64,000 nucleotides of DNA from Vulcanimicrobiota bacterium (lineage in GTDB: Bacteria; Vulcanimicrobiota; Vulcanimicrobiia; Vulcanimicrobiales; Vulcanimicrobiaceae). The position numbers and the translations under genes were made by a program. A model generated the notes under the pieces. It was not told the origin of the DNA and searched no databases. It was given only the letters and a program-made list of their open reading frames with translations. How positions within the stretch are numbered: position 1 is the first letter of the stretch; each line of letters starts with the position of its first letter. The stretch spans positions 512,001 to 576,000 of the forward strand of contig CAVZQC010000004.1 in NCBI GenBank assembly GCA_963777315.1, given 5' to 3'. Shown here piece after piece: positions 40,893 to 51,287 of this stretch.

Positions 40893-42066
40893 TTAATGAA
40901 TCAAACCTGAACTATACAAAACGGCATCACGCAGACATGCGACCACGCGCCTCACGTCGCTTTCCAGCATGCCGGGATAGAGCGGGAGGGACATCAGCCG
41001 CTGCCAAATGCCGTCGCTCACGGGCATGGGCGCATGCGGGCGGTCCCGGTACCACGAAAACGTATGCGAGGGTATGTAGTGCACGCTCGTGCCGATGCGC
41101 GCTGCACGCAGCGCTTCGATCGCGCGATCGCGCATCGCGCGCCCTCCATTGCCGACCTCTATGGGAAAGAAACACCAACTATGCCGGTCTGCATCGTTCA
41201 TGCGGCCAAGTGCTGCGGGACGAACATTTTCCAGGCCGGCGAGCAATTCGCAGTACAACGCTGCTAAAGTCCTTCGCTTTGCCTGCAGTTCGTCAAGTCG
41301 AGCTGAACTGAGACTGGGCCAGCGCGGCCAAGACGTCCGGCATGTTGCATTTATAGCCGCTGGCGATGATATCGTACTGCCAAGGGTTGTTGGCTTCGTA
41401 GCGCTTGTAGGCGTCGCGCGTCATGCCGTGCAGAGAGTGGATTCGCACCGTATCGGCGACTGCGTCGTCGTTGGTCACGAACATGCCGCCTTCAGCGGAC
41501 GTGACGTTCTTGGTCGCATAGAAGCTGTAAGCGGCTCCGGCGCTCCGCTTCCCGGCGGCTTCCCCCGCGTCGAGCATCCCCGTGCAGAGAGCGGCGTCTT
41601 CGATCACCGCTATCCCACGCGGCTGCGCGAATGCAAGGATGTCGGCAATGCGAGCGGGCCGGCCCGCATAGTGCATCGCCATGATCGCGGTCGTTTTGCC
41701 GGTCACGAGCGGGGCGATCGTCTCGACGCTCAGGCACAACGTCGAAGGATCGACGTCGCAAAACACCGGCGTAGCGCCCAGATGTTCCACGCACTCCGCC
41801 CCGGCCACAAAAGACAGCGAGGGGAGAATCACCTCGTCCCCGGAGGTCACCCCAACCGCAATCAGGCCCAGAAGCAAACCCGACGTGCAGCTGTTCAGCG
41901 CGATGGCGTGCTTGACGCCGCACAGTGCCGCAAATTGCTCTTCAAGCGCTACCGTTCGCGCCCCGGTCGTCAGCCAGCCGTTTCGCAAACATTCGACGAC
42001 GGCGGCGATGTCCTCGTCGTTGAGATCGGGACGATAGTACGGAAGAAAACCTTCAGGCGCGGGCAC
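40893..42066 (-). CDS. DegT/DnrJ/EryC1/StrS sugar aminotransferase (apparent +1 frameshift at ~41305)
   Basis: GWLTTG, NSCTSGL, IEDAA, SFYATKNVTSAEGG, SVHYIP, SLPLYP. Confidence 0.9.
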
Positions 42067-43456
42067 GGACTGCCGGTTGGGCGTTTCGCGGCACGTCGTA
42101 CAACGCAACGCTGCGAAGAAGCGCCATCATGATAAACGCCTCCCACAGATACTTGTACCACAACATATCGACGCTCATCGCTCCCACGAACAGTCCGATG
42201 CAGGCTGCTTCGAGCGCAATGCGCAGATCGTACAGACGGTGCGCGGGTCCTATCGGGCGAAGCATGAGCAGTTGCGAGCCCCATCCCCACAGCACGAGCA
42301 CGAGCCCTACCAGCCCGAATTCCACGCCCGATTGAAGCAAGAGGTTGTGTGCGGGACGCGCCCATTTCGCCGCGTATGCTTGAAAGATGTTCAGGTACTG
42401 AGCGTCGTACGCGGACTCGAAGTTTCCGATGCCGGCACCCACCAGCCAGTGGTGTTTAAACGCCGCAAAACCCACCGACCAAAGCGGGAACCTGCCGGCT
42501 CCCTGTGAGGTAAATGCCGTCCCGAACCGGTCCCAAATCGAGGTGTTCAGCAGCAGTCCGGCTGCAAGCGCTATGCCCACAATCGCGAACATTTGAGCGC
42601 GGTGCCTGCTTCGAATGAAAAAGTAGATAAAGATTGCGCCCAGACCGAGAAACGCTCCGCGCGACGAAGCAAAGAAGTACGCCGCTAAGAGGAGACCGAC
42701 GCAACCGAAATAGAGCGCTTTCTTCATCGACCTCGAGGTGCGCAAAGCTAAACCTATTGCAATCGCCGTCGGCAATGCCAGCGCGTTGGCAAAATGATTG
42801 GGATCGATGAAGTCGTCGCCGACCTGGATCATGAGCCGCTGGCCCGTTCCCATCAAATCGCTGGGAGGATTCAAATGGTAGTAGTAGGCGCCGTAAGCCG
42901 CGGCCAGCACGCCGCCCAAAAGCACCGCCTTGAGAATGCTCCCGAAGTCCGACGCCGAGACTTTAACGCTCGCCAAAATGAAGTACAGGCCGATGACCAT
43001 CGCATAGGTGGGATATTTGGACGCCGCCATATTCGGATCGATCGCCCAATAGATCGTTGCCGCCGCCCAAACCAGTAGTGCGAGCCAAATAACGGCTGCG
43101 CGCGGAGGCGATATGAATTGACGGGTTCTCAGCGCATGCAGGGCCACGGCAAGAGCCGATAAACCGCCGAGCAGTTTGGTTATCGTGCCGTAGCTTGATA
43201 CCGCCATCACGTTGTCGAACGGCAGCAGAAGCACGAACAAGCCAAACGGAAATATAATTGGCCGGGTAAAGAAAAAATACAGTCCGAGCGGACTGACGAC
43301 CAGTGCGACGGCGAGCACCAAACCGAGTTTCGTGCCTCCGACGCTCGCCATTGCCGCGAGTGCCGCCAGCAAAACCAGCGCTGTTCCGATGGCGGCCAAC
43401 AGGAATTGCTGCTGCTTGCCCGGCTCTTGCCAGCGCGCCGAAAGCGCGTTCAGCAT
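42053..43456 (-). CDS. O-antigen ligase / Wzy-like polymerase
   Basis: Many TMs, DPNHFA, SRGAF, GRFPLW, GAGIGNF, AHNLLLQSGVEFG. Confidence 0.85.
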   Translation of the reverse strand: MLNALSARWQEPGKQQQFLLAAIGTALVLLAALAAMASVGGTKLGLVLAVALVVSPLGLYFFFTRPIIFPFGLFVLLLPFDNVMAVSSYGTITKLLGGLSALAVALHALRTRQFISPPRAAVIWLALLVWAAATIYWAIDPNMAASKYPTYAMVIGLYFILASVKVSASDFGSILKAVLLGGVLAAAYGAYYYHLNPPSDLMGTGQRLMIQVGDDFIDPNHFANALALPTAIAIGLALRTSRSMKKALYFGCVGLLLAAYFFASSRGAFLGLGAIFIYFFIRSRHRAQMFAIVGIALAAGLLLNTSIWDRFGTAFTSQGAGRFPLWSVGFAAFKHHWLVGAGIGNFESAYDAQYLNIFQAYAAKWARPAHNLLLQSGVEFGLVGLVLVLWGWGSQLLMLRPIGPAHRLYDLRIALEAACIGLFVGAMSVDMLWYKYLWEAFIMMALLRSVALYDVPRNAQPAVRARA

Positions 43457-44538
43457 GCCGCCGCCTCAGGCATGCGTTGCGACGGGAACGAGCACAGCGC
43501 CGTTGCGATCAGCTGCGCGGCATTTCCGTGCCCGTACACCGGTCGGGGCGCCGATGAAGGCGCCGGACGCGACGCGGCAGCAGCGATGCGAACCGGGTCG
43601 GTGCCGGCGAGCACGTTCCAGCCGTCCTCGAGCGTTTCGACCCACTCAGTGTTTTCGCGCAGCGTAACGCAAGGTATGCCCAGCGCGTACGCTTCCTTCT
43701 GCATGCCGCCCGAATCCGTCAGCACGAGCGAAGCGTCGCGCAGCAGCGCAACCATGGTTTTGTACGAGAGCGGATCGACGAGACGCACGTTAGGGGCACT
43801 TTGCGGCGTGATGAACCGTTCGGCCAGCGGGCGCGTGCGCGGATGCGCGGGAAAAACGAGCGGCATTGGGATGCGGTGCAAAGCTGCGACAATGTCTTCG
43901 AATTGCGCGGCGTCGTCGGTATTGCTCGCGCGGTGCACGGTCATCACCCCGTAAGGGCCGCTTATGCCTGCATCCCGCAAGAGCTGCAGCGGTACGCCGG
44001 CATCGGCCGCGGTCGCAAGCAGCAAGTCGACCATCACGTCGCCCGTCACTTCGATCGAAGCGGTGCTGCCTTCCAGCCGCAATTGCTCCGCCGAGCCCTG
44101 CGTAGGGGCAAAACAGATCGCGGCTAAGCGATCGGTGACGATGCGATTGACTTCTTCGGGCATGGACATGTCGAACGAGCGCAGCCCGGCCTCGACGTGC
44201 GCGACCGGAATGGTGAGTTTGGCTGCGACCAGCGCTCCGGCCAGCGTGCTGTTGGTATCGCCGTAGACCAGCACGAGATCGGGCCGCTGCTCTTGCATCA
44301 CCGGTTCCAGGCGCTTCATCATTTCTGCAGTCTGCCAGGCGTGCGATCCGGACCCGACTTCCAGGAAGACGTCGGGTTTGGCCAAGCCGAGCTCGTCGAA
44401 AAAGACCTGCGACATGCCGTAATCGTAGTGCTGGCCCGTATGAACCAGAACCTCACGGCAGCGCCCGGCCAGCGCGCGGCTGACGACGGCGGCCTTGATG
44501 AACTGCGGGCGCGCGCCGATTACCGTGAGCAGCTTCAC
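43450..44538 (-). CDS. wecB: UDP-N-acetylglucosamine 2-epimerase (non-hydrolysing; WecB/WbpI-like)
   Basis: GARPQFIK, HTGQHYD, GDTNST, HVEAGLRS, MPEEVNR, TDSGG.QKEA. Confidence 0.92.
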   Translation of the reverse strand: MKLLTVIGARPQFIKAAVVSRALAGRCREVLVHTGQHYDYGMSQVFFDELGLAKPDVFLEVGSGSHAWQTAEMMKRLEPVMQEQRPDLVLVYGDTNSTLAGALVAAKLTIPVAHVEAGLRSFDMSMPEEVNRIVTDRLAAICFAPTQGSAEQLRLEGSTASIEVTGDVMVDLLLATAADAGVPLQLLRDAGISGPYGVMTVHRASNTDDAAQFEDIVAALHRIPMPLVFPAHPRTRPLAERFITPQSAPNVRLVDPLSYKTMVALLRDASLVLTDSGGMQKEAYALGIPCVTLRENTEWVETLEDGWNVLAGTDPVRIAAAASRPAPSSAPRPVYGHGNAAQLIATALCSFPSQRMPEAAAC

Positions 44539-45653
44539 GCCGGAACCATCAACTCCGCGCGCAATGCCTGTGCAACCGCAGATTGCTCCTCGGGCGCGAT
44601 TTCGGGGAACATCGGCAGCGAGAGCACCTCTTGTGCGGCGCGTTCGGAATGGGGGAAATCTCCTGCGCGGTAGCCCAAATCGGCATGAACCGCTTGCACG
44701 TGCAGCGGAACGGGATAGTAGATCATCGTCTGCACGCCGCGCCGCCCGAGCGCAGCCTGGACGTCGTCGCGATTGTTCACCCTGACGGTGTACTGATGAT
44801 AGACGCAGTACGAGCCGGCCGGCTCGGACGGCAAATGCACGCCCTGAACGTCGCCGAGCAACTCCGCGTACCGCGCGGCAACGTTGCGCCGAGCTTGCGT
44901 CCAGCGCGCCAGATGCGGCAACTTCACGCGTAGAATCGCAGCTTGCACTTCGTCCAGCCGGCTGTTGACGCCCAGACACTCGTGGTGGTATTTGATGCGC
45001 CCGCCGTGCACGCGCAGCATGCGCGCTTTTTCTGCCAGCGCGTCGTCACCGGTGACGATCATGCCGCCGTCGCCGTACGCCCCCAAGTTTTTCGACGGAA
45101 AGAAACTGAACGCGCCGAAATCTCCGAACGTGCCGACGTCGCGGCCGGCGATCCTCGCTCCGATCGCTTGCGCGCAATCCTCCACGACCGCTACGCCGTG
45201 GCGGCGCGCGATCTCCATGATCTCGGGCATGGGAGCAGGACATCCGTACAAATGAATCGGCAGAATGGCGCGCGTTCGCGGAGTGATGGCGGCTTCTACT
45301 GCTGCCGGGCTGATGTTGTACGTCTGCGGATCGATGTCTGCAAAGACCGGACGCGCGCCCACGATGCCGATTGCTTCGGTCGTGGCCACGAACGTAAACG
45401 GCGCGGTGATGACTTCATCGCCCGGCCCCACGCCCAGGGCCCGCAGCGCCAAATGCAGCGCATCGGTGCCCGAGTTGAGCGCGACGGTGTGCTTGACGTT
45501 CAAATACGAGGCCAATTCCGACTCCAGTGCCTTGACGTTGGGGCCCATGATGAAATGGCCGCCTTCGAAGACCGCAAGCACCGCCGCATCGATCTCGTCC
45601 TTGAGTTCGTGGTACTGCCGCCGCAGATCCAAAATCGGGATGGTGGGATTCAT
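44535..45653 (-). CDS. DegT-family aminotransferase (WbpE-like)
   Basis: NSGTDAL, EDCAQAIG, SFFPSKNLGAYGDGG, NSRLDEVQAA. Confidence 0.92.
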   Translation of the reverse strand: MNPTIPILDLRRQYHELKDEIDAAVLAVFEGGHFIMGPNVKALESELASYLNVKHTVALNSGTDALHLALRALGVGPGDEVITAPFTFVATTEAIGIVGARPVFADIDPQTYNISPAAVEAAITPRTRAILPIHLYGCPAPMPEIMEIARRHGVAVVEDCAQAIGARIAGRDVGTFGDFGAFSFFPSKNLGAYGDGGMIVTGDDALAEKARMLRVHGGRIKYHHECLGVNSRLDEVQAAILRVKLPHLARWTQARRNVAARYAELLGDVQGVHLPSEPAGSYCVYHQYTVRVNNRDDVQAALGRRGVQTMIYYPVPLHVQAVHADLGYRAGDFPHSERAAQEVLSLPMFPEIAPEEQSAVAQALRAELMVPA

Positions 45654-46250
45654 GCCGTCCTCCGCACCGAGGAGCCGTCCTTACGGTACCGTTTGCCGCA
45701 TTCGGCACATTGCGCGCTGTCGCCGTCGAAAGCTGAGCTTCACGCCGCATTCGCACGCGTACCCCGCAACGCGAGCGGGTGAACCGTAGGCAAGGGCGTA
45801 CGGCGGAATATCTTTGGTAACGACGGCGCCGGCGCCGATGAACGCGTACTCTCCAATCGTATTGCCGCAAACGATCGTCGCGTTGGCGCCGATCGACGCG
45901 CCTTTCTTGACCAGTGTCTTCGCGTAGTCCGCCGACGTATTGCGTGGATGGCCCGAGCGCGGCGTGGTGACGTTGGTAAAGACCATGCTTGGACCGCAGA
46001 ACACTTCGTCCTCGAGCACGACGCCCTCGTAGATCGAGACGTTGTTCTGGATTTTCACGCCGTTGCCGATGCGCACGTTCGGCGCGACGACCACGTTCTG
46101 GCCCAGGGAGCAGCGTTCTCCGATCTCGGCGCCCGCCATGACGTGGCTGAAGTGCCAAATCTTCGTGCCGGCTCCGATCGTGCACGGCTCGTCGACATAG
46201 GCGGACTCGTGGATGAAGTATTCTGTGCGCTCTCGGACTGAGTTGTTCAT
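45650..46250 (-). CDS. UDP-amino-uronic acid N-acetyltransferase (WbpD-like; apparent +1 frameshift at ~45730)
   Basis: TKIWHFSHV, KIQNNVSIYEG, CGPSMVFTN..PRS; removing one T restores CECG...CAECGKRY and an ATGA overlap with the next gene. Confidence 0.88.
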
Positions 46251-46263
46251 GAAGCTTCCTTAA

Positions 46264-47628
46264 TTACAATAAGATGACGTGATCGCGTGGGCCTTTGACG
46301 GATCTCGTGGCGTTGCGCGTGTCGACGAGCAGGCGCGAATGGCGAGTGACGAACTCCCAGTCGATCACCGAATGGTCGGTTAAAATCAGCACCGCGTCGG
46401 CGGCGTTCAGCGCTTCGGCCGTCATGGGGGTCGAGTGCCGCAGCTTGCCGTGCAGATCCTGAAAGCGGGAGACCAACGGATCGTGGTAGTCCACGATCGC
46501 ACCGGCTGCATCGAACAAATCCATGATGCGCAGCACGGGCGATTCGCGCCAGTCCTCGACGTCCTTTTTATAGGCCGCCCCGATGATGAGTATCTTCGCG
46601 TCGCGCAGTGCCAGGCCTGCGCAATTAAGCGCACGCATGACTTTATCGCGCACGAAATACGGCATCGCGTCGTTTATCTCGCCGGCGAGCTCGATGAACC
46701 GCACGTGAAAGTCGTACTGGCGCACCTTCCACGACAAATAGTACGGGTCGAGTGGAATGCAGTGGCCGCCCACGCCGGGACCGGGCTCGAAGCGCATGAT
46801 GCCGAAGGGCTTGGTCGCGGCGGCATCGATGACTTCCCACATGTTGATATTCAACTTGTCGCAGAGCAGCGTCATCTCGTTGACGAGCGCGATATTGACT
46901 GCTCTGAACGTGTTTTCGAAAACCTTCGTCATTTCGGCCAGCCGCGGCGTATCGACTTCAACGACTTGCACGATCGTCTGATCGTAAAAGACCTTTGCCG
47001 CCGAGCGGCAGCGCGGCGTGACGCCGCCTACGACCTTACTGGTGTTTCGCGTCGTATACCGCTTGTTGCCGGGATCGACGCGCTCGGGTGAAAAGGCGAG
47101 GAAATAGTCGGTTCCGACGACCAGGCCCTTCTGCGCGAGGATGGCCAACAGCACTTCTTCGGTCGTTCCAGGGTACGTCGTGCTTTCCAAGCAGATCAGT
47201 TGGCCCGGTCGAAGCACTTGGGCGATTTGCGCCGCCACGCGCGCGATGTGCGAAATGTCCGGTTCTTTGTTGGGGCTAAGCGGCGTTGGAACGCAGATGG
47301 CGATAACGTCGCATTCCGCCAGCCGGTCGAAATCGTTGGTCGCCTGCAGGATGCCTGAGCCCACGCAACGCGCGAGATCGGCGTCGGCGACGTCGCGAAT
47401 GTAATTGAACCCGTGATTGACCTGATCGACGCGAATCACGTTGCGATCGAATCCCAGTACCGGAAATCCAACCTTCGCCTTCTCTACCGCCAGCGGCAAG
47501 CCGACGTAGCCGATGCCGACGACTCCGACGACTGCGGAATGGTCTTTGAGCGATCGCACCAGCTTGCCGAACGCATCGTCGGCGAATGCTTGAGCGATTT
47601 CGGGAAGCGCGGTCGAGGCGATATTCAT
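46264..47628 (-). CDS. UDP-N-acetylhexosamine 6-dehydrogenase (WbpA-like)
   Basis: GIGYVGLP, ICVPTP, ESTTYPGTT, SPERVDPG, GPGVGGHCIPLDP. Confidence 0.92.
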   Translation of the reverse strand: MNIASTALPEIAQAFADDAFGKLVRSLKDHSAVVGVVGIGYVGLPLAVEKAKVGFPVLGFDRNVIRVDQVNHGFNYIRDVADADLARCVGSGILQATNDFDRLAECDVIAICVPTPLSPNKEPDISHIARVAAQIAQVLRPGQLICLESTTYPGTTEEVLLAILAQKGLVVGTDYFLAFSPERVDPGNKRYTTRNTSKVVGGVTPRCRSAAKVFYDQTIVQVVEVDTPRLAEMTKVFENTFRAVNIALVNEMTLLCDKLNINMWEVIDAAATKPFGIMRFEPGPGVGGHCIPLDPYYLSWKVRQYDFHVRFIELAGEINDAMPYFVRDKVMRALNCAGLALRDAKILIIGAAYKKDVEDWRESPVLRIMDLFDAAGAIVDYHDPLVSRFQDLHGKLRHSTPMTAEALNAADAVLILTDHSVIDWEFVTRHSRLLVDTRNATRSVKGPRDHVILL

Positions 47629-49247
47629 AGCGCGGCGGCCTTCTGCGGCGCGGTGACGTTGACGTCGGCGGTCGCAGGAACGTCGATGGTGCCTTGTAAC
47701 TGCCGCTCGCCGATTTCGCGAACTCGGACGCGCTCCTTGGAAGCAAAACCGGGAATGAGCGAATCGACCACGCCGATCACGGATGCCGCGCTGTCCGATT
47801 TGATGGCCGCGCGCAGTTCGCGTATGCGGTCGTGCACCAGATCGTAGTCGACGCGTTCTTGCCGGGCGATCAGCACGCCCGAACGATTCGTCCTCGACAT
47901 GCCCTCCTGGGTCGTGAGCAACTGCTCGTGGAGCTTCTCTCCCGGGCGCACGCCGGTGTAGGTGATATTGATGTCTTGATACGGAACCAGCCCCAACAGG
48001 CGCACGAAGGCTTCGGCGAGCTTCGTAATCGAAATCGGTTCGCCCATTTCGAGCACTACGACTTCTCCGTCGCGGCCCATGCTGGTTGCCTCCAGCACCA
48101 GCGAAACGGCCTCGGGAATGCTCATGAAGTACCGGCGCATGTCGCGGTGCGTGATCGTCAGCGGGCCGCCGGTATCGATTTGCTGTTTGAAGACCGACAG
48201 CACGCTGCCGCGGCTTCCCAGCACGTTGCCGAAGCGCACCGACACGAACTCCGTCGACGTGCGGTTGGCAAAAGACTGGCAGATCAGTTCCGCGATGCGC
48301 TTGGTGGCTCCCATTACGCTGCTTGGCTCGACGGCCTTATCGGTGGACAACAGCACGAATTTCGAGCAGCCGAAGGCTGCGGCCGCCAGCGCGACGACGT
48401 GAGTTCCTAGGATATTATTGCGAGCCGCCTCACAGATATTGTTTTCGAGAATCGGAACGTGCTTGTGCGCGGCGGCATGGAAGACCAGGTACGGACGATA
48501 GCGCGAGAAGACGCTGCGGATGCGGTCGTAGTCGGCGACGTCGGCCAAGATGAGCTGCGTGCGCGAGAAGTGCATCTGTATTCGCAACTCTTCTTGAATG
48601 GCGAACAAACTGTTCTCTCCGTGTCCGAGCAGCAGCAGCAACTTGGGATTAAAACCGGCGAGTTGGCGGCAGATTTCGGAACCGATGGAACCGCCTGCGC
48701 CCGTTACCAGTATGACTTGGTTTTCGATGAACCGGCCGACCTGCGACAGATCGACGGGTATAGCGTGGCGCTGAAGCAGATCTTCCAGGCCCAAGTCGCA
48801 GATGAGCGGCAAATTGACGTCATTCGAAACCAGCGCCGGCGTGCTGTGCAACGTCTTGAGAATCGGTTTGTTCGACGCTTTGGAGACGCACGCCTGAACC
48901 TTCATCGCCGTTTCCGCCGAAGCGCGATCGATCATCACGCATTGAATGCGGCGCGAGTGAATGATCTCGTTTAGCCGGTCGAGCGGTCCGAGCACGGGGA
49001 CCGAGCCGCTGGTATCGTCGATTTTTTCCGAAACGCGCCCGACGATCGCATAGCCGAAGCTCGTGTTCGCGCGAAAAAACCGGCGCAGTATCTCGCACGA
49101 GCGCGCGGGCCCGATGACGATCGTGCGCAGGGTCTGCGGTGCGCGTGTGGGTTTGCGGCGAGGCGTACGGGCCAGCAGCAGCGCGGCAATCAGGACGATT
49201 GCGGCAAAAGCCAGGATCAGCAGCGGCGTCGCTAGTTCTGCGTTCAC
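47625..49247 (-). CDS. UDP-GlcNAc 4,6-dehydratase (CapD/PglF/WbpM-like)
   Basis: TGAGGSIGSE, HAAAHKHVP, STDKAV, MGATK, RFGNVLGSRGS, RPGEKLHE. Confidence 0.92.
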   Translation of the reverse strand: MNAELATPLLILAFAAIVLIAALLLARTPRRKPTRAPQTLRTIVIGPARSCEILRRFFRANTSFGYAIVGRVSEKIDDTSGSVPVLGPLDRLNEIIHSRRIQCVMIDRASAETAMKVQACVSKASNKPILKTLHSTPALVSNDVNLPLICDLGLEDLLQRHAIPVDLSQVGRFIENQVILVTGAGGSIGSEICRQLAGFNPKLLLLLGHGENSLFAIQEELRIQMHFSRTQLILADVADYDRIRSVFSRYRPYLVFHAAAHKHVPILENNICEAARNNILGTHVVALAAAAFGCSKFVLLSTDKAVEPSSVMGATKRIAELICQSFANRTSTEFVSVRFGNVLGSRGSVLSVFKQQIDTGGPLTITHRDMRRYFMSIPEAVSLVLEATSMGRDGEVVVLEMGEPISITKLAEAFVRLLGLVPYQDINITYTGVRPGEKLHEQLLTTQEGMSRTNRSGVLIARQERVDYDLVHDRIRELRAAIKSDSAASVIGVVDSLIPGFASKERVRVREIGERQLQGTIDVPATADVNVTAPQKAAAL

Positions 49248-49386
49248 AATATTCCGTCGCGGGCAAGGAGATGGTAGGAAAACTGTACTCCAGGAGCGCG
49301 CCGGCGGCCAAGTCCGGTCCTGCCCGGAAAATTTGGGAACCTGGACTTATCGCCCGGTGCCGGTCGGCCCCTTAGAAGACTGCGCA

Positions 49387-50274
49387 TTAGGCTTTTTTGG
49401 AAACCGAGCGCAGATGCGATGCGCGAATTGCGCTGCCCAGCACTTTGTCGATGGCGAAGACGTCACGCCGCCCGTCGATGATGCTGTGCCTGCCCGTGCT
49501 GTTGAGCGTATGCATGCCCAAGGCATAGGGCTCGGCTGCCGCTGCCGTCGCTACGGGCTGCTCGTGGAAATCTTTGGTCGTCAGCTCGTCGATACGGTTG
49601 ATGGTAACCGCTTGACCGTATGCCGACGTGCAGTCTTGAGCCGGCCGGTACATGACGCCATTGTGTTCGAAGGGCCGGCCGGCGGGGCGTGCGGACCGTC
49701 TATCGGTTCGCAGGGGATTGCGCGGATGGGCAGTCCACGGGCCGACCGGCGCTTGCGCGTGCCACAAGGAAATCGTCTCGTTTTCGTGCGGACGCAGGGT
49801 GCCCAGCATCCACCATGTGCCGCCCGAAGCAAATATCGTCGGATCGACGATGGGCTCGTCGAGTATTCGTGCAACGTGCTCCCAGCGGCTGGGAAAATCG
49901 GTCATGCGGTAAATGTCGGCGCCACCGGATTCACGCGATTCCGGTACGCAAAAGATGCCGCGGTTCCATTCGAAGACGCATGGATACGACAGGTGGTACG
50001 GCGTTTCGATGGCCGGACCGCAGTCGATCACTTTGTCGCCGGCGATCTCGAGCGCGGCGATGTGCGCTTTACCTTTCATATATTCAAACCGCTCGCACAG
50101 AACGGCAGTGCGCTGCCCGTACTCGAACACGAACGGATCGGCGAGAAACGTGCCGTACCTGGGCGGATCGAACCACCGGATCGACGGGACGAAATCCGTC
50201 TGCAAGAACGACGCTGCAGTGCCGTTGACCACCAGCCCGAGATTCCACTCGACCCGGTTGAACAGCCGTTTCAC
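49387..50274 (-). CDS. GINT1-N-like beta-propeller protein (putative glycoside hydrolase fold)
   Basis: EWNLG, FLADPF, HLSYP, VPES, VDPTI, HPRNP, RPAG, YRPAQDC, GMHTL. Confidence 0.75.
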   Translation of the reverse strand: MKRLFNRVEWNLGLVVNGTAASFLQTDFVPSIRWFDPPRYGTFLADPFVFEYGQRTAVLCERFEYMKGKAHIAALEIAGDKVIDCGPAIETPYHLSYPCVFEWNRGIFCVPESRESGGADIYRMTDFPSRWEHVARILDEPIVDPTIFASGGTWWMLGTLRPHENETISLWHAQAPVGPWTAHPRNPLRTDRRSARPAGRPFEHNGVMYRPAQDCTSAYGQAVTINRIDELTTKDFHEQPVATAAAAEPYALGMHTLNSTGRHSIIDGRRDVFAIDKVLGSAIRASHLRSVSKKA

Positions 50275-50276
50275 CG

Positions 50277-51287
50277 TCAGCTCGAATATGGCGCGGCTAC
50301 CGGCGGGGTCAAATCGTGCAAGTTGTACTGCGCCGCGTCGTCGGCCAAAGCCAGCGCCCGCACGACCTCGACCCCTTCGCGAACGTCCGTGGGGGGAATC
50401 TTCTGCGTTTGAATCGCGTGCAGGAAAGCCAGCATCTCGGCTTTGAGCGGTTCGGCCTTTTCGAACGGAATGCTGATCGGGGCCTCGCTCCACGTCTGAG
50501 CGACGTTGTCGTTCAGCCGTGCGCCGCAAGGCGTGAGTGTGAGCTGGCCGCCGGACCGTGAATCTTCGAAACTCAAAATGCCTTCCGTACCGAACACGTC
50601 GACTCGCGACGATTTGTTCGCGTCCAGCCATCCGACCTCGATGTGCGCGGAACGTCCGCTGCCGAACAAGTAATCGACGTAAGCGAAATCCGACACGCCG
50701 GGAACCACGTGCCCGTGGTGCTGCGCGCGTGCCGCAATGGGGAACTCATCGAAGATCGCCAGCATCAGCGCCACGTCGTGCGGAGCGAAGCTCCACCACA
50801 CGTTTTCCTGCGTGCGCACTCGGCCCAAGCTGAGCCGGCGGGAACGCACGTGCAGCAATTTGCCGATGCGCCCGTCCCGCAGTGCGCTCAGCAGCGCGGT
50901 GATGCCCGGATGGTACAGCAGCAGATGACCGACGAAGACCAAGCGCTGAAACGAACGGGCAAGCCGGGCGATTTCGACCGCGTCGTCGACGGTCATCGCG
51001 AGCGGCTTTTCCACGAAGACCTGTTTGCCGTGGCAGATCGCGGCCAGCGCGAGCTTTGCATGCGTGTCCGCCGGAGATGCAATAACGACCGCGTCGACGT
51101 CGCTCTGCAGCAGCATGTCCGGATCCCTGAACACCATGACGTCCTTGTACGTGGCCGTCACGCTTCTCAAGCGCTCGGTGTCGGCGTCGCAAACCGCGGC
51201 CAGTACGCCCAGTTCGGCGCAAACCCGCACGAGTTTTTCGCCCCAGTAACCGGCGCCGATAACGCCGATGCGCGGTCCGTTTTTCAT
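50277..51287 (-). CDS. Gfo/Idh/MocA oxidoreductase (WbpB-like)
   Basis: IGAGYWG, VFVEKPLA, VGHLLLYHP, SFAPHDV. Confidence 0.9.
   Translation of the reverse strand: MKNGPRIGVIGAGYWGEKLVRVCAELGVLAAVCDADTERLRSVTATYKDVMVFRDPDMLLQSDVDAVVIASPADTHAKLALAAICHGKQVFVEKPLAMTVDDAVEIARLARSFQRLVFVGHLLLYHPGITALLSALRDGRIGKLLHVRSRRLSLGRVRTQENVWWSFAPHDVALMLAIFDEFPIAARAQHHGHVVPGVSDFAYVDYLFGSGRSAHIEVGWLDANKSSRVDVFGTEGILSFEDSRSGGQLTLTPCGARLNDNVAQTWSEAPISIPFEKAEPLKAEMLAFLHAIQTQKIPPTDVREGVEVVRALALADDAAQYNLHDLTPPVAAPYSS

Noticed and set aside
43450..44979. N-terminally extended 509-aa 2-epimerase
   Set aside because: The extension overlaps degT out of frame; the real start is GTG at 44538
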